Below the pieces are notes generated by a model. It ran no database searches. It was given only the letters and a program-made list of their open reading frames with translations, and had not been told where the DNA came from. 64,000 nt of DNA, from NCBI GenBank assembly GCA_051599415.1, contig AP039698.1:186001-250000 (forward strand), read 5' to 3'. Source of the stretch: Savitreella phatthalungensis. Its lineage: Eukaryota. The translations under genes and the position numbers were made by a program. Positions 12,384 to 22,901 of this stretch are shown here, in pieces. Numbering within the stretch: position 1 is the stretch's first letter; the number at the start of each line of letters is the position of its first letter.

Positions 12384-12435
12384 ACTCACTCTCACTCTCA
12401 CTCTTACTCTCACTCTTACTCTCACTCGCACTCTT
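12384..12435. repeat. (ACTCTY)n hexamer microsatellite within a pyrimidine-rich leader or promoter
   Basis: actcactctcactctcactcttactctcactcttactctcactcgcactctt. Confidence 0.8.
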
Positions 12436-12943
12436 AGTCTCATTCTCACCTCACCTTACCTGACCTCGACTCTCTCTCTCTACACCTCTCCTCAACACAC
12501 CTCATTTCACCACATCTCACCTCTACCTCGCACATCCCATTCACTTACAAAGACTCAACCTCCCCTTTGTCTACCAGAAGCGTTAGTCTTCCGTCCTCGA
12601 CACTTCAAAACAAGGACGACTTGTGAATCTGTCATTGTCGTCAAATTGGAGCGCAAGCCGGACTTCATTCCGTCACGTTCAGATCACGAGCGAACGACAG
12701 AAGCACCTGACGTCTTGCAACAGAGAATTCGCAAGGTGCAACTGGCTTTGTCCTACGAATTTGCATCGTACTTTCGCATCACCTGCAATCGACTGCTAAA
12801 CGAACGATCTCGCTTGCACAGCATTTCAGATCTATTCCTGATTGCATTCCTGTGTGTCTGACAAAAGAGCAAGAGTGTTCTCATAAGTCGACCGACGGCG
12901 CCTCTTCAAACATCGTGCTCGTCTTCCCTACCTATCATTCATC

Positions 12944-14392
12944 ATGGTCGACTTTGGAGACATCCAGGTCGGCACTCGTCGTCAGAGCTCCATCGCTAGC
13001 TTGGCCGCTTTTCAGTCAGCTCGCGGAATCTCACAGTCAGCAGGGCATGGCCTGGATCACCAGTCTCTGGGCGACCCTTCCCAGCAATACCAGGCGCCAA
13101 GTGCACAGGCCCAGGCGGAGCGCAGACGCTCCAGCATCTTGTCACTCGCTAACCTGAACGTTCGCCGGCGCTCATCTGCCATTTCTCTCAACTTTGCAAA
13201 TCGTAAGGATGCAGGCAAGGCTGTCGATGAGCCCATCCTCCTATCACGTGAGAAAGAGGGCTATCTCTTCTTCAGCATGACATCCGATGGACTTCTCAAC
13301 TACAAGGTCGCCAACAGAGTACAAGGTGCCATGTCGAAATACCTCGTCGACCCGAAGCTCTTCAACCCGGAAGGTGCACCTGTCGTCGTCCTCTCCTCAC
13401 CAGAGTCTGGATCCGGACTTGCCACACAGACCTATTCACGCCTTCTGTTGCCCATCTTCAAGCACTTCAAGGTCGCACACTCGCACATCAACCTGAAGGA
13501 CGAGAATATGGCCCACTACCTCGCTAGCAATGGTCAGTTCACACCGAACACCATCTTCGTACTCCTGTCCGGTGACGGCGTCCTGCACGAGGTCGTCAAC
13601 GGTCTTTCACAGAACCCTCATTTCTCACAGATCAACACTCCAATCCGGCTGGCCGTCGTACCCTGTGGCAGTGGAAACGGCATGTCCTCGTCCCTCAAGA
13701 TGACAACAATCGCCCAGGGACTACGCGGCCTGTTCAAGAACAACTGGCAGCCATTACAGGTGATGAGTGTGCGGTCGCAGTCGCTCGGTCTGCAGTACGC
13801 ATGTGTCGTCTTCTCCTACGGATTCCACGCCGCGGTGGTGCACGATTCCCAGTCGCCGCAGATGAAGCAGGCGTACGGGAGCAACCGGTTCAAGGAGGCA
13901 GCCATCAAGCATCTGAAGCCAAAACCGTACTCGTACCGCGGCGCACTCGTCCTCTCAGACGCTCTCCGCCACCCGGACTTTGAGCAGTCCAGCAGAGCAC
14001 AGGATCAAGTAGTCGGCGGTCGCGAGCACTCGTACATCCTCGTCACCCGGTGCAGCAACCTGGAGAGCGACTGGAAGATCGCCCCGCTGGCTTCGCCGAT
14101 GGGCAACCCAGGCAAGCTCGACGTTGTTCGGATGTCCGGTGATCTGAACGCATCTGAACTCTCGGGCGTCCTCATGAGCGCCTACTCGATGGGAGCCCAG
14201 ATCAACGATCCGCGATTCGAGTACTACAGAGCCACAGGCGCAGTCCTCGCAGTCGGAGCAGAAGACGAAGACAGACGTCGTGTCTGCATCGATGGCGCAA
14301 TCCACACAGTCCAGTACGGAGAGCAAGTCGAGATCGGCTGCACGTACGATATCGGTCCACAGCAAACCAGAATCCTGATGCAGAAGTTGTAG
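12944..14392 (+). CDS. Diacylglycerol-kinase catalytic domain protein (sphingoid base kinase-like)
   Basis: SPESGSG, LLSGDGVLHEVVNGL, VVPCGSGNG and C-terminal CIDG match DAGK_cat/SphK motifs. Confidence 0.8.
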   Translation: MVDFGDIQVGTRRQSSIASLAAFQSARGISQSAGHGLDHQSLGDPSQQYQAPSAQAQAERRRSSILSLANLNVRRRSSAISLNFANRKDAGKAVDEPILLSREKEGYLFFSMTSDGLLNYKVANRVQGAMSKYLVDPKLFNPEGAPVVVLSSPESGSGLATQTYSRLLLPIFKHFKVAHSHINLKDENMAHYLASNGQFTPNTIFVLLSGDGVLHEVVNGLSQNPHFSQINTPIRLAVVPCGSGNGMSSSLKMTTIAQGLRGLFKNNWQPLQVMSVRSQSLGLQYACVVFSYGFHAAVVHDSQSPQMKQAYGSNRFKEAAIKHLKPKPYSYRGALVLSDALRHPDFEQSSRAQDQVVGGREHSYILVTRCSNLESDWKIAPLASPMGNPGKLDVVRMSGDLNASELSGVLMSAYSMGAQINDPRFEYYRATGAVLAVGAEDEDRRRVCIDGAIHTVQYGEQVEIGCTYDIGPQQTRILMQKL

Positions 14393-14500
14393 ATGCCCTA
14401 GCTCAAACTTCGAAACCCTTTTAGTTCTTCTTAGTCATACACATCACCAACCACTCTTCCACGAACGCGACATAATACATCTCATTTTACCTCCCCCTTC

Positions 14501-16753
14501 TCACACTGCTACAGACCCACCTGTCCCGTTATTCTCTGCCGCTTCGACCACAGTCTTCTTGTAGTGCGCGATGGAGTGCGGATACTTGACGACCGTCCCA
14601 TCTTGGCACAGCCAGAGTCTGTCTGAGGCCTGCTCTAGGAAGGTGACGTCGTGTGAGACTAGGATGACTCCGCCGTTGAAGTTTTTGATGGCTGCGGTGA
14701 GAGCGTCCATGGCCTCGATGTCTAGATGGTTGGTAGGCTCGTCGAGGACGAGGATGTGTGGGTTCTGGAGCGACACGCAACTAAACGCCACTCGAGACTT
14801 CTGACCACCAGACAACGTCGACATCTTTGACAACCCAAGCGTCCCAACAATCCCAAACGCACCCAGGTGCCGTCGGTACTCCTCCTCCGATCGACCAGGG
14901 TAGTGCTTTGCCATAAACGCAACCGCCGACAGGTTCAGCTCGAGCGACTCGACGTGGTGCTGAGCGAAATAGGCGATTCGGAGGCGCGGGTGTCGCTGAA
15001 CGAAGCCTTTCGTAGGCTCGAGTTGCTCGATCAGGAGCTTCAGCATCGTCGTCTTGCCTGCACCGTTGGGGCCGATAACGCCGATCCGCGAGTCAAGCTG
15101 GACGTCGATGTCCACGTTCGATAAGATTTGCTTCTCTCCATACGCGAACGAGACGCCCGTCATCTGCAGCACAGGAGGCGAGATGTTCTCTGCTGGTGGG
15201 AACTTGAATGTCACCTCCTCGTCGTCCTCTGGCGGCTCAAGCACAGGTAATTTCTCAAGCTTCTTGATCCTAGACTGCGCTTCCGCTGCCCGAGCTGCAG
15301 AGTACCGGAACTTGTCGATGAACGCCTGCATGTGCTTCCTGTACGCGAGCTGCGATTCGTACTCGCGCAGCTGGTTCTTCTTCCGCTCAGACTTTGTCGC
15401 ATAGAACTGGGTAAAATCGCCGCGATAGTAATCCAGACGCTCGTTGTGCTGGTGGATGATGTCGGTCGCAATCTCGTCGAGGAAAGCTCGGTCGTGCGAC
15501 ACGACCAAGACGGTGTTGACGTACGACGCCAGATAGTTGGCGAGGAAGGCTACCGATGGCACGTCCAACATGTTCGAAGGCTCGTCCAGCAGGAGCAAGT
15601 CGGGCTGGCAGAACAAGGCCCTTGCAAGCGCAATTCGCATTCGCCATCCACCACTGAATGACTTCGTAGACTTCTTCTGTGCCTCTGTGTCGAATCCGAG
15701 ACCGTGGAGGATGCTAGCAGCACGGGCCTCCGCCTTATCGGCGTCAATGTCTGTCAGCTTTGTCTGGACATCGAGTAGATGCGCGTCGAGCTCCGAACGC
15801 TCTTTTTCTAGCGCCCATCTGCCTGGATCGTCCTCGGACATGTCTGTGAGTTCGCGAGCGATCTCGCTGTGCCTCGAATTGATGGTCGCCTGGTCCTTCA
15901 GCAGATACTTGCGCCACACATCAGCATCGAGCACGGCCTGTAGGGCTGAGGTATCATCTCCAGTGACTTCCTGCTCGACGTGCAGGATTGTGAGATGCGA
16001 AGGGACAGCGAGCTCGCGGCGCGACAGCGCACGCAACAATGTCGACTTGCCGATACCGTTCCGACCCACGAGGCCATACCGTCTGCCGTGCGCCAGCGAT
16101 AGAGAAGCATCCGTCAGGATACGCAAACCTGCGAAATTGATATCGATCGCATCGATGTGGATATCCTTTGATTTGCCAGTCCGCGATTCGAATGATAGTG
16201 GATTGACCTTCAGGTAGTTGTCGTCGTAGTTGACTGTCTCCTCAGTCTCGTTCAACAGGCGCGAAGCCTCATAGTCTGCCTTCATCTCCTTTTTCGCCAG
16301 CTTTGCAGCGATCTTGAGCTCCGCCTTTGCAAGCTTCTTCTTGTCGACCTGCGACGCCATCTTCCGGCGAGCTGTAGCCTCCAAGTCCGTCCCGCCGCCA
16401 AGTAGACCCATCGTGCTGGACATCTGGCGCTCGCTTTCCATGTTTACCGTGCGATTCAGCCTAGCGAGACCTCCTGCGTCACCGCCAGTAGCAGCGGCAA
16501 CCTCTGCTTTGCTAGCCAGCTGCTGCTCCAGCAAAGTGACAATCTCCTCAATGCGTGCCTCGTCAACATGGCATGAGATCAAGATCTTCCGCAGCGTGGC
16601 GAGAGCATTGTGAGCATTGGGCTCTGCGTTCTCAACGATGTACTCTGCATACCCCCGGCAGTATCGCTCGATGACGGAATCTGTACCTGCTGGAAACAAC
16701 CCCTTGAAATGGCCATTCAGCGAGTCCTTCCACGCGGGAGCCACAGAGGGCAT
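14501..16753 (-). CDS. GCN20: ABCF translational regulator Gcn20/ABCF3
   Basis: Two ABC cassettes without TM segments: GRNGIGKST..FSGGWRMR..LDEPSNMLD and GPNGAGKTT..LSGGQKSR..LDEPTNHLD. First ATG is at 16753. Confidence 0.93.
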   Translation of the reverse strand: MPSVAPAWKDSLNGHFKGLFPAGTDSVIERYCRGYAEYIVENAEPNAHNALATLRKILISCHVDEARIEEIVTLLEQQLASKAEVAAATGGDAGGLARLNRTVNMESERQMSSTMGLLGGGTDLEATARRKMASQVDKKKLAKAELKIAAKLAKKEMKADYEASRLLNETEETVNYDDNYLKVNPLSFESRTGKSKDIHIDAIDINFAGLRILTDASLSLAHGRRYGLVGRNGIGKSTLLRALSRRELAVPSHLTILHVEQEVTGDDTSALQAVLDADVWRKYLLKDQATINSRHSEIARELTDMSEDDPGRWALEKERSELDAHLLDVQTKLTDIDADKAEARAASILHGLGFDTEAQKKSTKSFSGGWRMRIALARALFCQPDLLLLDEPSNMLDVPSVAFLANYLASYVNTVLVVSHDRAFLDEIATDIIHQHNERLDYYRGDFTQFYATKSERKKNQLREYESQLAYRKHMQAFIDKFRYSAARAAEAQSRIKKLEKLPVLEPPEDDEEVTFKFPPAENISPPVLQMTGVSFAYGEKQILSNVDIDVQLDSRIGVIGPNGAGKTTMLKLLIEQLEPTKGFVQRHPRLRIAYFAQHHVESLELNLSAVAFMAKHYPGRSEEEYRRHLGAFGIVGTLGLSKMSTLSGGQKSRVAFSCVSLQNPHILVLDEPTNHLDIEAMDALTAAIKNFNGGVILVSHDVTFLEQASDRLWLCQDGTVVKYPHSIAHYKKTVVEAAENNGTGGSVAV

Positions 16754-17303
16754 GATAGACCTACAGCAAAGATGCACCCAGCGCTCGATCAGAGATGATT
16801 AGCAGTGATATCGAGCAGAAGATGAACTTCAAATGTCAGGCAGCCGTGAGGTTAACGTCTTCCTTGAGGTATACGTAGTGTGCATACATACTGCGTGCAT
16901 GTGGACAAATCGATTGAGAATGCTGACGTTTCACGTGCAAGAGTTTAACAACGGATATATGTGCACGATCTAACAGTGTATGCGGGTAGTATACAGTGCA
17001 GACCTCTTCCGAGGAGGCGCTATGAGGCTATCATATGCCTGGCTGGCCGCCTAAGTTGCCAGGGGTTCCGAAGACTTGTCTAGCGTCTTGAGCTCGTCGT
17101 TGCTCTCCAACCCTTTTGCAAGCTCTAGATGTGTGCGTAAGAGTCACCCATGTAGGACATGTATTGAAGGGCTTCCGTCCGCAAAGACGAGATACGCTCA
17201 GTCGTAGATAGATGAACTTCACAATCTCTGACTCTGATCCCGCGAGTAATCGAAACTTGTCTCCGATCCGTCGTGCAGGCAGATCATTACAGGCTCGATG
17301 ATC

Positions 17304-17589
17304 TCAGCCACCAGCTTGCTTTGTGACGGTCTGTTCCTGCAGAAGTGCTTCCTCAAGCCGGCGTTGCTGGTCAAATTCAATCTGTCGCTCTCGACGAGCA
17401 CGCTGCCTGGCCTCGTCAGAGAGAACACCCTGATGCATAGCCTGTTTGTGTTAGTCTTGCTCCAGCCGACTCTTTCATTGATGGCATTCGCACCTGTTTG
17501 TCTGCCTCCTGAACGTAGTGCACACCAAAGATAATTGCGGACGTTGTAAGCAAGGACACGCCTAGAGTTATTTTCGACGCACGACTCAT
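17304..17589 (-). CDS. PET117: Cytochrome c oxidase assembly factor Pet117; exons 17589-17494 and 17441-17304
   Basis: Spliced product MSRASKITLGVSLLTTSAIIFGVHYVQEADKQ/AMHQGVLSDEARQRARRERQIEFDQQRRLEEALLQEQTV.. (77 aa); intron GTGCGA..ACTAAC..CAG. Confidence 0.9.
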
Positions 17590-17802
17590 GCTTGCTTGAG
17601 TACTTGGGAGACCTCGACCCGGCGCTGAAGAAAAGTATCCCCGTGACGTATGTGATAGAAATTCAGTACAAACATTATCTCGTGCAATACGCGCCAAGCG
17701 CAACACACGTCTTTAGAGCTCATATATTGAGTTAGGTACTGAGCCTCGAGCTCGGCAGCGGGAAGTATATCTGTGCGACATGACTGAGGTCCTGTGAAGG
17801 CA

Positions 17803-18099
17803 ATGTCCAGCTTGAGCTTGGCTATTCTACTCACAGGCCTCTTCGTCTCCGGCTATTTACTAGGCCGCAGCAGCTTTGTCTTCAATCCTGCTGTGCTAGA
17901 GGCATCCTTTCCACGCTTCGAAGCCTTGTACGACGCTATCAAGTCTCTTGCTATCATTGCGGCTGCTTACGCTCTGCTTTGTTTGGTTGCTGCGCGTCTC
18001 GCGAGCCTTGTGCCGCGCTCAGTGCCGCTCAGCAAACGTCACTTGACAACAGATTCACTCTCGGCATGCGAGAACCTTCGACGTCGAGGGAGCTTCTGA
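17803..18099 (+). CDS. Putative 98-aa two-TM membrane microprotein upstream of and overlapping GPI1
   Basis: ATG 17803; hydrophobic stretches LSLAILLTGLFVSGYLL and IKSLAIIAAAYALLCLVAARL; C-terminus CENLRRRGSF; no internal ATG in any frame before the GPI1 ATG. Confidence 0.6.
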   Translation: MSSLSLAILLTGLFVSGYLLGRSSFVFNPAVLEASFPRFEALYDAIKSLAIIAAAYALLCLVAARLASLVPRSVPLSKRHLTTDSLSACENLRRRGSF

Positions 18100-20003
18100 G
18101 GGTCCGTCAGGGAGCTGACAGAACGCCTGACCGCAGGGTGACGGCTTGCAATGTCAAGGTCTTTTGGCCGGCAGATCTGCTTGACAGTCACGATGATGCC
18201 TTGATTCTCGGCTGGCACAACTCTCCCACTGACTTGTTCGTCATCGATCTGGTTTCCAACGTCTACCGTACTGGTTTAGAACAGCCGGTCGATCTTGACG
18301 GTCTGGTAACGAAGTATGCAAACAGCCAGGTATCACAGTTCTGCGGTAAGCAGCCGCTTTCGATCCTAGGCCAGGCGTTCTCGTCGACGACATCATTTGT
18401 CGCAGCTAGCGAGCACATGCTGTTTTGCCGCTTCACCAACAACAATATCTATCCCTCGTTCTGCTTGAAAGACTCCAAGGCAGCTGTACAGCTGATCATC
18501 TTCGAGCGCCCTGATCCTCACAGGATGCAGTACTTCTCTCTCGCGCCGATTCCTTTCGAGGTAGATGCGAACAGCGACAAGATAAACGGCGATGACTTTG
18601 CTGTTCTGCGCAGTGACAAGACTCACGGAGGGCCGTTGATAGGCCTGTCGAAATTACATCTGAACCAGATGAACTGCTCCCGTGAGGTGGCAATGGTTCT
18701 ACAGCGTAATTTACCTCAGCTCGGCTCCCGCCGCGCACGGAATCGTGCCCAGAGCTTCCACGATGTGGTACGAAAGTCAGCCTCTTCGACGATCGCTCGT
18801 TTCTCGGCAACAATATCCTATGCTTTTCACGACAGCGCCTGGCCAGCACTCAAGAACGGTGTCGCCTTCATCTTGAGTCTTGTCGTCAGCTTGCTGGGAT
18901 ATTGGTCTTCGCTGCTTCGAACGGAGCTACCTCTCATTGGTATCGCTCTCGTTGAGTTGTCAGTTCTCGCACGAGAGTTAGACTTTCGCCTTCAGCGCAT
19001 CCGTGGCTGGCCCGAGGACTATGCAACCCTTCGCAGGCGCAAAAAGGATTGGGCTTCCATCACAAATTACCACCCCGACTACATCAAGTTCTACAACGGA
19101 CTGTGGCTGATCGCCAACGACCTGATCATTGGTATCTACGTCGTGTCAATTTGCCATACGAACGAAGATATACTTGCCGATGCGCTTTACGGCTTCATCG
19201 AGAACTTCACGCTCGATACAGTCTCGCGAGCAATGTGGTGGTTGAAAGGATGGCCGGCGGGCCTGAAGCTCAACAACGAGCTTGCTACCTTTCTGGGCGA
19301 CTTGTTCTTGTGGCTTCTTGGCACTTGGCGTGGTGCGCTCACGGCAGCCTACCCGCACTTCCCGTGGATCATCCGCAGTGTCGGCATATGTGGTTTCCTC
19401 GGGGCATCGATCTCGGTCGCACTGATCTCCGACTGCCTGTCACTTCTCACGCTGCATCTGCACCTCTTCTACCACGCTTGTGCAAAGGTCTACGGCTGGC
19501 AAGTCTCGGCATTGGTATCTCTCTTTCATCTCTTCAGAGGCAAGAAGCGCAATGTACTTCGCCATCGTATCGACTCAAATGACTACGATCTCGATCAGTT
19601 GCTGCTCGGCACGGTCTTGTTCACCCTCCTGGTATTCCTCTTCCCGACGGTACTCGTCTTCTACGTCACCTTTGCGATCGCACGCATCGCTATCAGGTTT
19701 CTCCGGACTGCGCTGGACATGGTGCTCGCATTCCTAGTGCAGCTCCCTTTGTTCGGACTACTGCTACGCATCAAAGATGCCAAACGATTGCCAGGTGGCC
19801 TGCGCTTCTCTCGGCTCGACGTGCCGCCGCCAGAGAAGAGCTCGTTCAAAGGCAAAGCAGCGATGTCAATTGTCTACATCGAGCCCAAACCACTCCCTAT
19901 TGATGTCATGTTTGCAGCATTTGCAGCAAGGCAACGCAGCATCATGGGCTCGACCATCAATCTAGCCAGACTCTTCAGCGACACCGTCCAAGGCACACTC
20001 TAG
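18066..20003 (+). CDS. GPI1: GPI-GlcNAc transferase subunit Gpi1 (PIG-Q); start codon uncertain
   Basis: N-terminal VKVFWP..ILGWHNS; Gpi1 domain YIKFYNGLWLIANDLIIG, WPAGLKLNNELATFLGDLF, SLFHLFRGKKRNVLRHRIDS, QLLLGTVLFTLLVFLFPTV. Confidence 0.93.
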   Translation: MREPSTSRELLRVRQGADRTPDRRVTACNVKVFWPADLLDSHDDALILGWHNSPTDLFVIDLVSNVYRTGLEQPVDLDGLVTKYANSQVSQFCGKQPLSILGQAFSSTTSFVAASEHMLFCRFTNNNIYPSFCLKDSKAAVQLIIFERPDPHRMQYFSLAPIPFEVDANSDKINGDDFAVLRSDKTHGGPLIGLSKLHLNQMNCSREVAMVLQRNLPQLGSRRARNRAQSFHDVVRKSASSTIARFSATISYAFHDSAWPALKNGVAFILSLVVSLLGYWSSLLRTELPLIGIALVELSVLARELDFRLQRIRGWPEDYATLRRRKKDWASITNYHPDYIKFYNGLWLIANDLIIGIYVVSICHTNEDILADALYGFIENFTLDTVSRAMWWLKGWPAGLKLNNELATFLGDLFLWLLGTWRGALTAAYPHFPWIIRSVGICGFLGASISVALISDCLSLLTLHLHLFYHACAKVYGWQVSALVSLFHLFRGKKRNVLRHRIDSNDYDLDQLLLGTVLFTLLVFLFPTVLVFYVTFAIARIAIRFLRTALDMVLAFLVQLPLFGLLLRIKDAKRLPGGLRFSRLDVPPPEKSSFKGKAAMSIVYIEPKPLPIDVMFAAFAARQRSIMGSTINLARLFSDTVQGTL

Positions 20004-20328
20004 CTTCCAGTATCGGAGTAGACCAAGAGCAGACATACTCTACGATTCACGACTCTAAGCATATATTCCCCATAGTTGTAGCGCACGGATGCTATCCAAT
20101 ATGCGTAACCACGTAGCAATCCTTCTTGCGTGCATACTCGGACGATATGAGCAAGCGCAGCAAATACAGTCATGCGGCAAGTTGTCATGCAGTGAATCGA
20201 TCAATCTCTATATAGGGCAATAATATCACCACGCGCTTAGAGAGCTTCTTCCGTATAGACGCGTCTCAAGACCGAGTCAAAGCTGCCTTCGCAATAGACA
20301 ACGGGATCATGCCACGGTAGTTGCAGTC

Positions 20329-22901
20329 ATGGTAAGCTATTACCATATGATTTTGATCTGGTACTGATAGCAGGATGATAACATCGCCAATGGCTTGTCA
20401 AATCGCCTGTACGAGAAGCGGAAGGCAGCGGCGTATGACCTAGAGAAGTAGGAAGATCCTTATCACAACCAAGCTCAGTCAGCTGACCATACAGGATCGT
20501 TCGCGAAGGTCTCATTGCTGGTGACAGTTTCAAGATACGCAAAATCATCGAGACATTATGTGACGAGTTCATTGGATCGACTGGCAGTAAAAACGCTCGA
20601 TCTAGCGCTGGAGGTCTTATTGGACTGGCTGCAACATCAATCGCGCTCGGCAGGGACGTCGATAGGTACCTTGAGCTTGTCATCCCTTCAGTGCTGTCCT
20701 GCTTCCAAGACCGTGATTCTCGGATACGGTATTACGCCACCGAATCACTTTACAATATTGCCAAAGTTGCAAAGGGCGAGGTCTTACTCTTCTTCAACGA
20801 GGTCTTCGATGCTCTATGCAGACTCGCAGCAGACGCGGATGTCTCCGTGAAGAACGGCGCGGAGCTGCTCGATCGGCTGATCAAGGACATCGTATCAGAA
20901 AAGGCGACAGCCTACGTTTCCACATTACAAGTCGAGCGGGACGATGAGGATAACCTCGAGGAGCGCGATTCGTCCGGTCGACATATCGTCCATCCTCAAC
21001 CGAAACATGCCCGGACCACGGCGTTCTCATTACCGAAGTTTATTCCTTTGTTGTCGGAACGAATCTACGTGATCAATCCATACGCTCGGACCTTCCTCGT
21101 ATCGTGGATCTCGGTTCTCAACAACATCCCGGATCTAGATCTCATCACGTATTTGCCAGCTTTCTTTGACGGCATCTTCAAATTTCTCAACGACTCGCAT
21201 CAAGACGTCCGCGTCGCCACATCGAGATTGCTGGAAGAATTTCTCGACGAGATTAAGCGTGTCGCCCGCACGAATCCCGCACACTGGCAACAGGCGATAG
21301 TCCCGGCTATTGAGGCGACAGAGCCGAAAGATCAGTCTCGGAGCTCGACGCCTTCTCCGGAGTACAGCTTCGCAGACAGCCAATCACTAGTGCGAGATGA
21401 AGGGGCGACCAAAGACGGGGAAGAATGGATGGGAGATGTCGCGCCGGGTCAGGGAACCGCCATTGACTTCCATTCCCTCGTTGGCATTCTTCTCGATGAG
21501 CTCAATTCGCTTGACGAGACGATTCAACAGACGTCGCTTAAGTGGCTCGTCGAGTTCTTCGACATCTGCCCGCGAACTCTAGTACAATCGACGCCGGACC
21601 TGCTGCGTGCCGTTTTGCCGCTAATCGCGCATGAGTCACCTTCACTGCGCAAGTCAGCGGCAGAACTCAACAGCCGGCTACTGGCTCTTGTCCGGCAGGT
21701 CATTCACAACGAAGGCGACGCTGACAGCACCGTCACGGACAATACGTCTCCTTCGCTACTTGACTTTGGGCAGACTGTGGGTGCGGCGACTGTACAGTTG
21801 GTGGACGATCACGAAGAGACACGAGTGACTGCTTTGAGCTGGCTCATGGAGTTACACCGTTCCGCACCAAAGAAAATGTTGGCCCTCGATGACGGCACCT
21901 TCCCAGCGCTGCTGAAGACCCTGAGCGACCCAAGCGAACGCGTCGTCATGCAAGATCTACAGCTGCTCGCTTTGATCTCGAGCAATTCAGAGGACGATTA
22001 CTTTAATGTGCTCATCATTAATCTGCTCACGTTGTTCTCATCGGATCGCAAGCTGCTGGAGCAGCGTGGCAGTCTCATCATTCGTCAACTGGCCTACAAT
22101 TTGAATGCTGAGCGCATCTATCGCGCCATCGCCGACAATCTTGAAAAGGAGGAAGACCTAGATTTCGCTAGCACGATGGTCCAGACTCTGAACAACAACC
22201 TGATGACCGCTCCAGAGCTGCTCGATCTCCGCAGGAGATTGCGCAACCTCGAGATGAAGGACGGTCAAGCTTTCTTCACTTCGATCTATCGTTGCTGGTG
22301 TCACAACGCCGTGGCCACTGTCTCTCTATGTCTGCTGGCCCAAGCGTACGAACAAGCTAGCAGCTTGCTCCATGTCTTTGCAGACCTAGAAATCACGGTC
22401 CCTTTGCTCGTCCAGATCGACAAGCTCGTGCAGCTACTCGAATCGCCAGTCTTCACGTATTTGCGTCTGCAGCTACTCGAGCCAGAGAGGCACCCATACC
22501 TGGTCAAGTGCCTCTACGGCCTGCTCATGATCCTGCCGCAGACTTCTGCTTTCACCACTCTTCGCAACAGACTCAATAGTGTTGGCTATTTCGGCATGGC
22601 TGGTCAATCGACGAATTCTGCGGGCAATAGGAGCTCGACTGCAGCACTGACGGGCGTATCAGCAGCTCGCGTCAGTGCAAACGCAGGCGGAAAGAAGGAA
22701 GATGTGAACTGGCAAGATCTGTTGCAGAAGTTCCGTCAAGTCCAAATGCGGCATGAGAAGGCGCGGCATGACCCTGCAAATTCTGCTACTCAGGCGAACG
22801 GTGCACTGGCCCTCGCTCAAGCGTCGTCGACAACAGCCATGACCACGAGTACAGGATCAAAGCGGAGATCGCAGATGTCGACCATCAATCGGCGGCGATA
22901 G
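20329..22901 (+). CDS. VAC14: PIKfyve/Fab1 complex scaffold Vac14; exons 20329-20331, 20374-20447, 20495-22901
   Basis: Spliced N-terminus M/DDNIANGLSNRLYEKRKAAAYDLEK/IVRE..GGLIGLAATSIALG; RYYATESLYNIAKV; C-terminal LVQIDKLVQLLESPVFTYLRLQLLEP. Coding exon 1 is the ATG alone. Confidence 0.93.

Noticed and set aside
12211..12861. 216-aa ORF with a TLTLTL run
   Set aside because: The open frame is explained by the stop-free (ACTCTC)n and pyrimidine-rich tract; no domain is recognisable.
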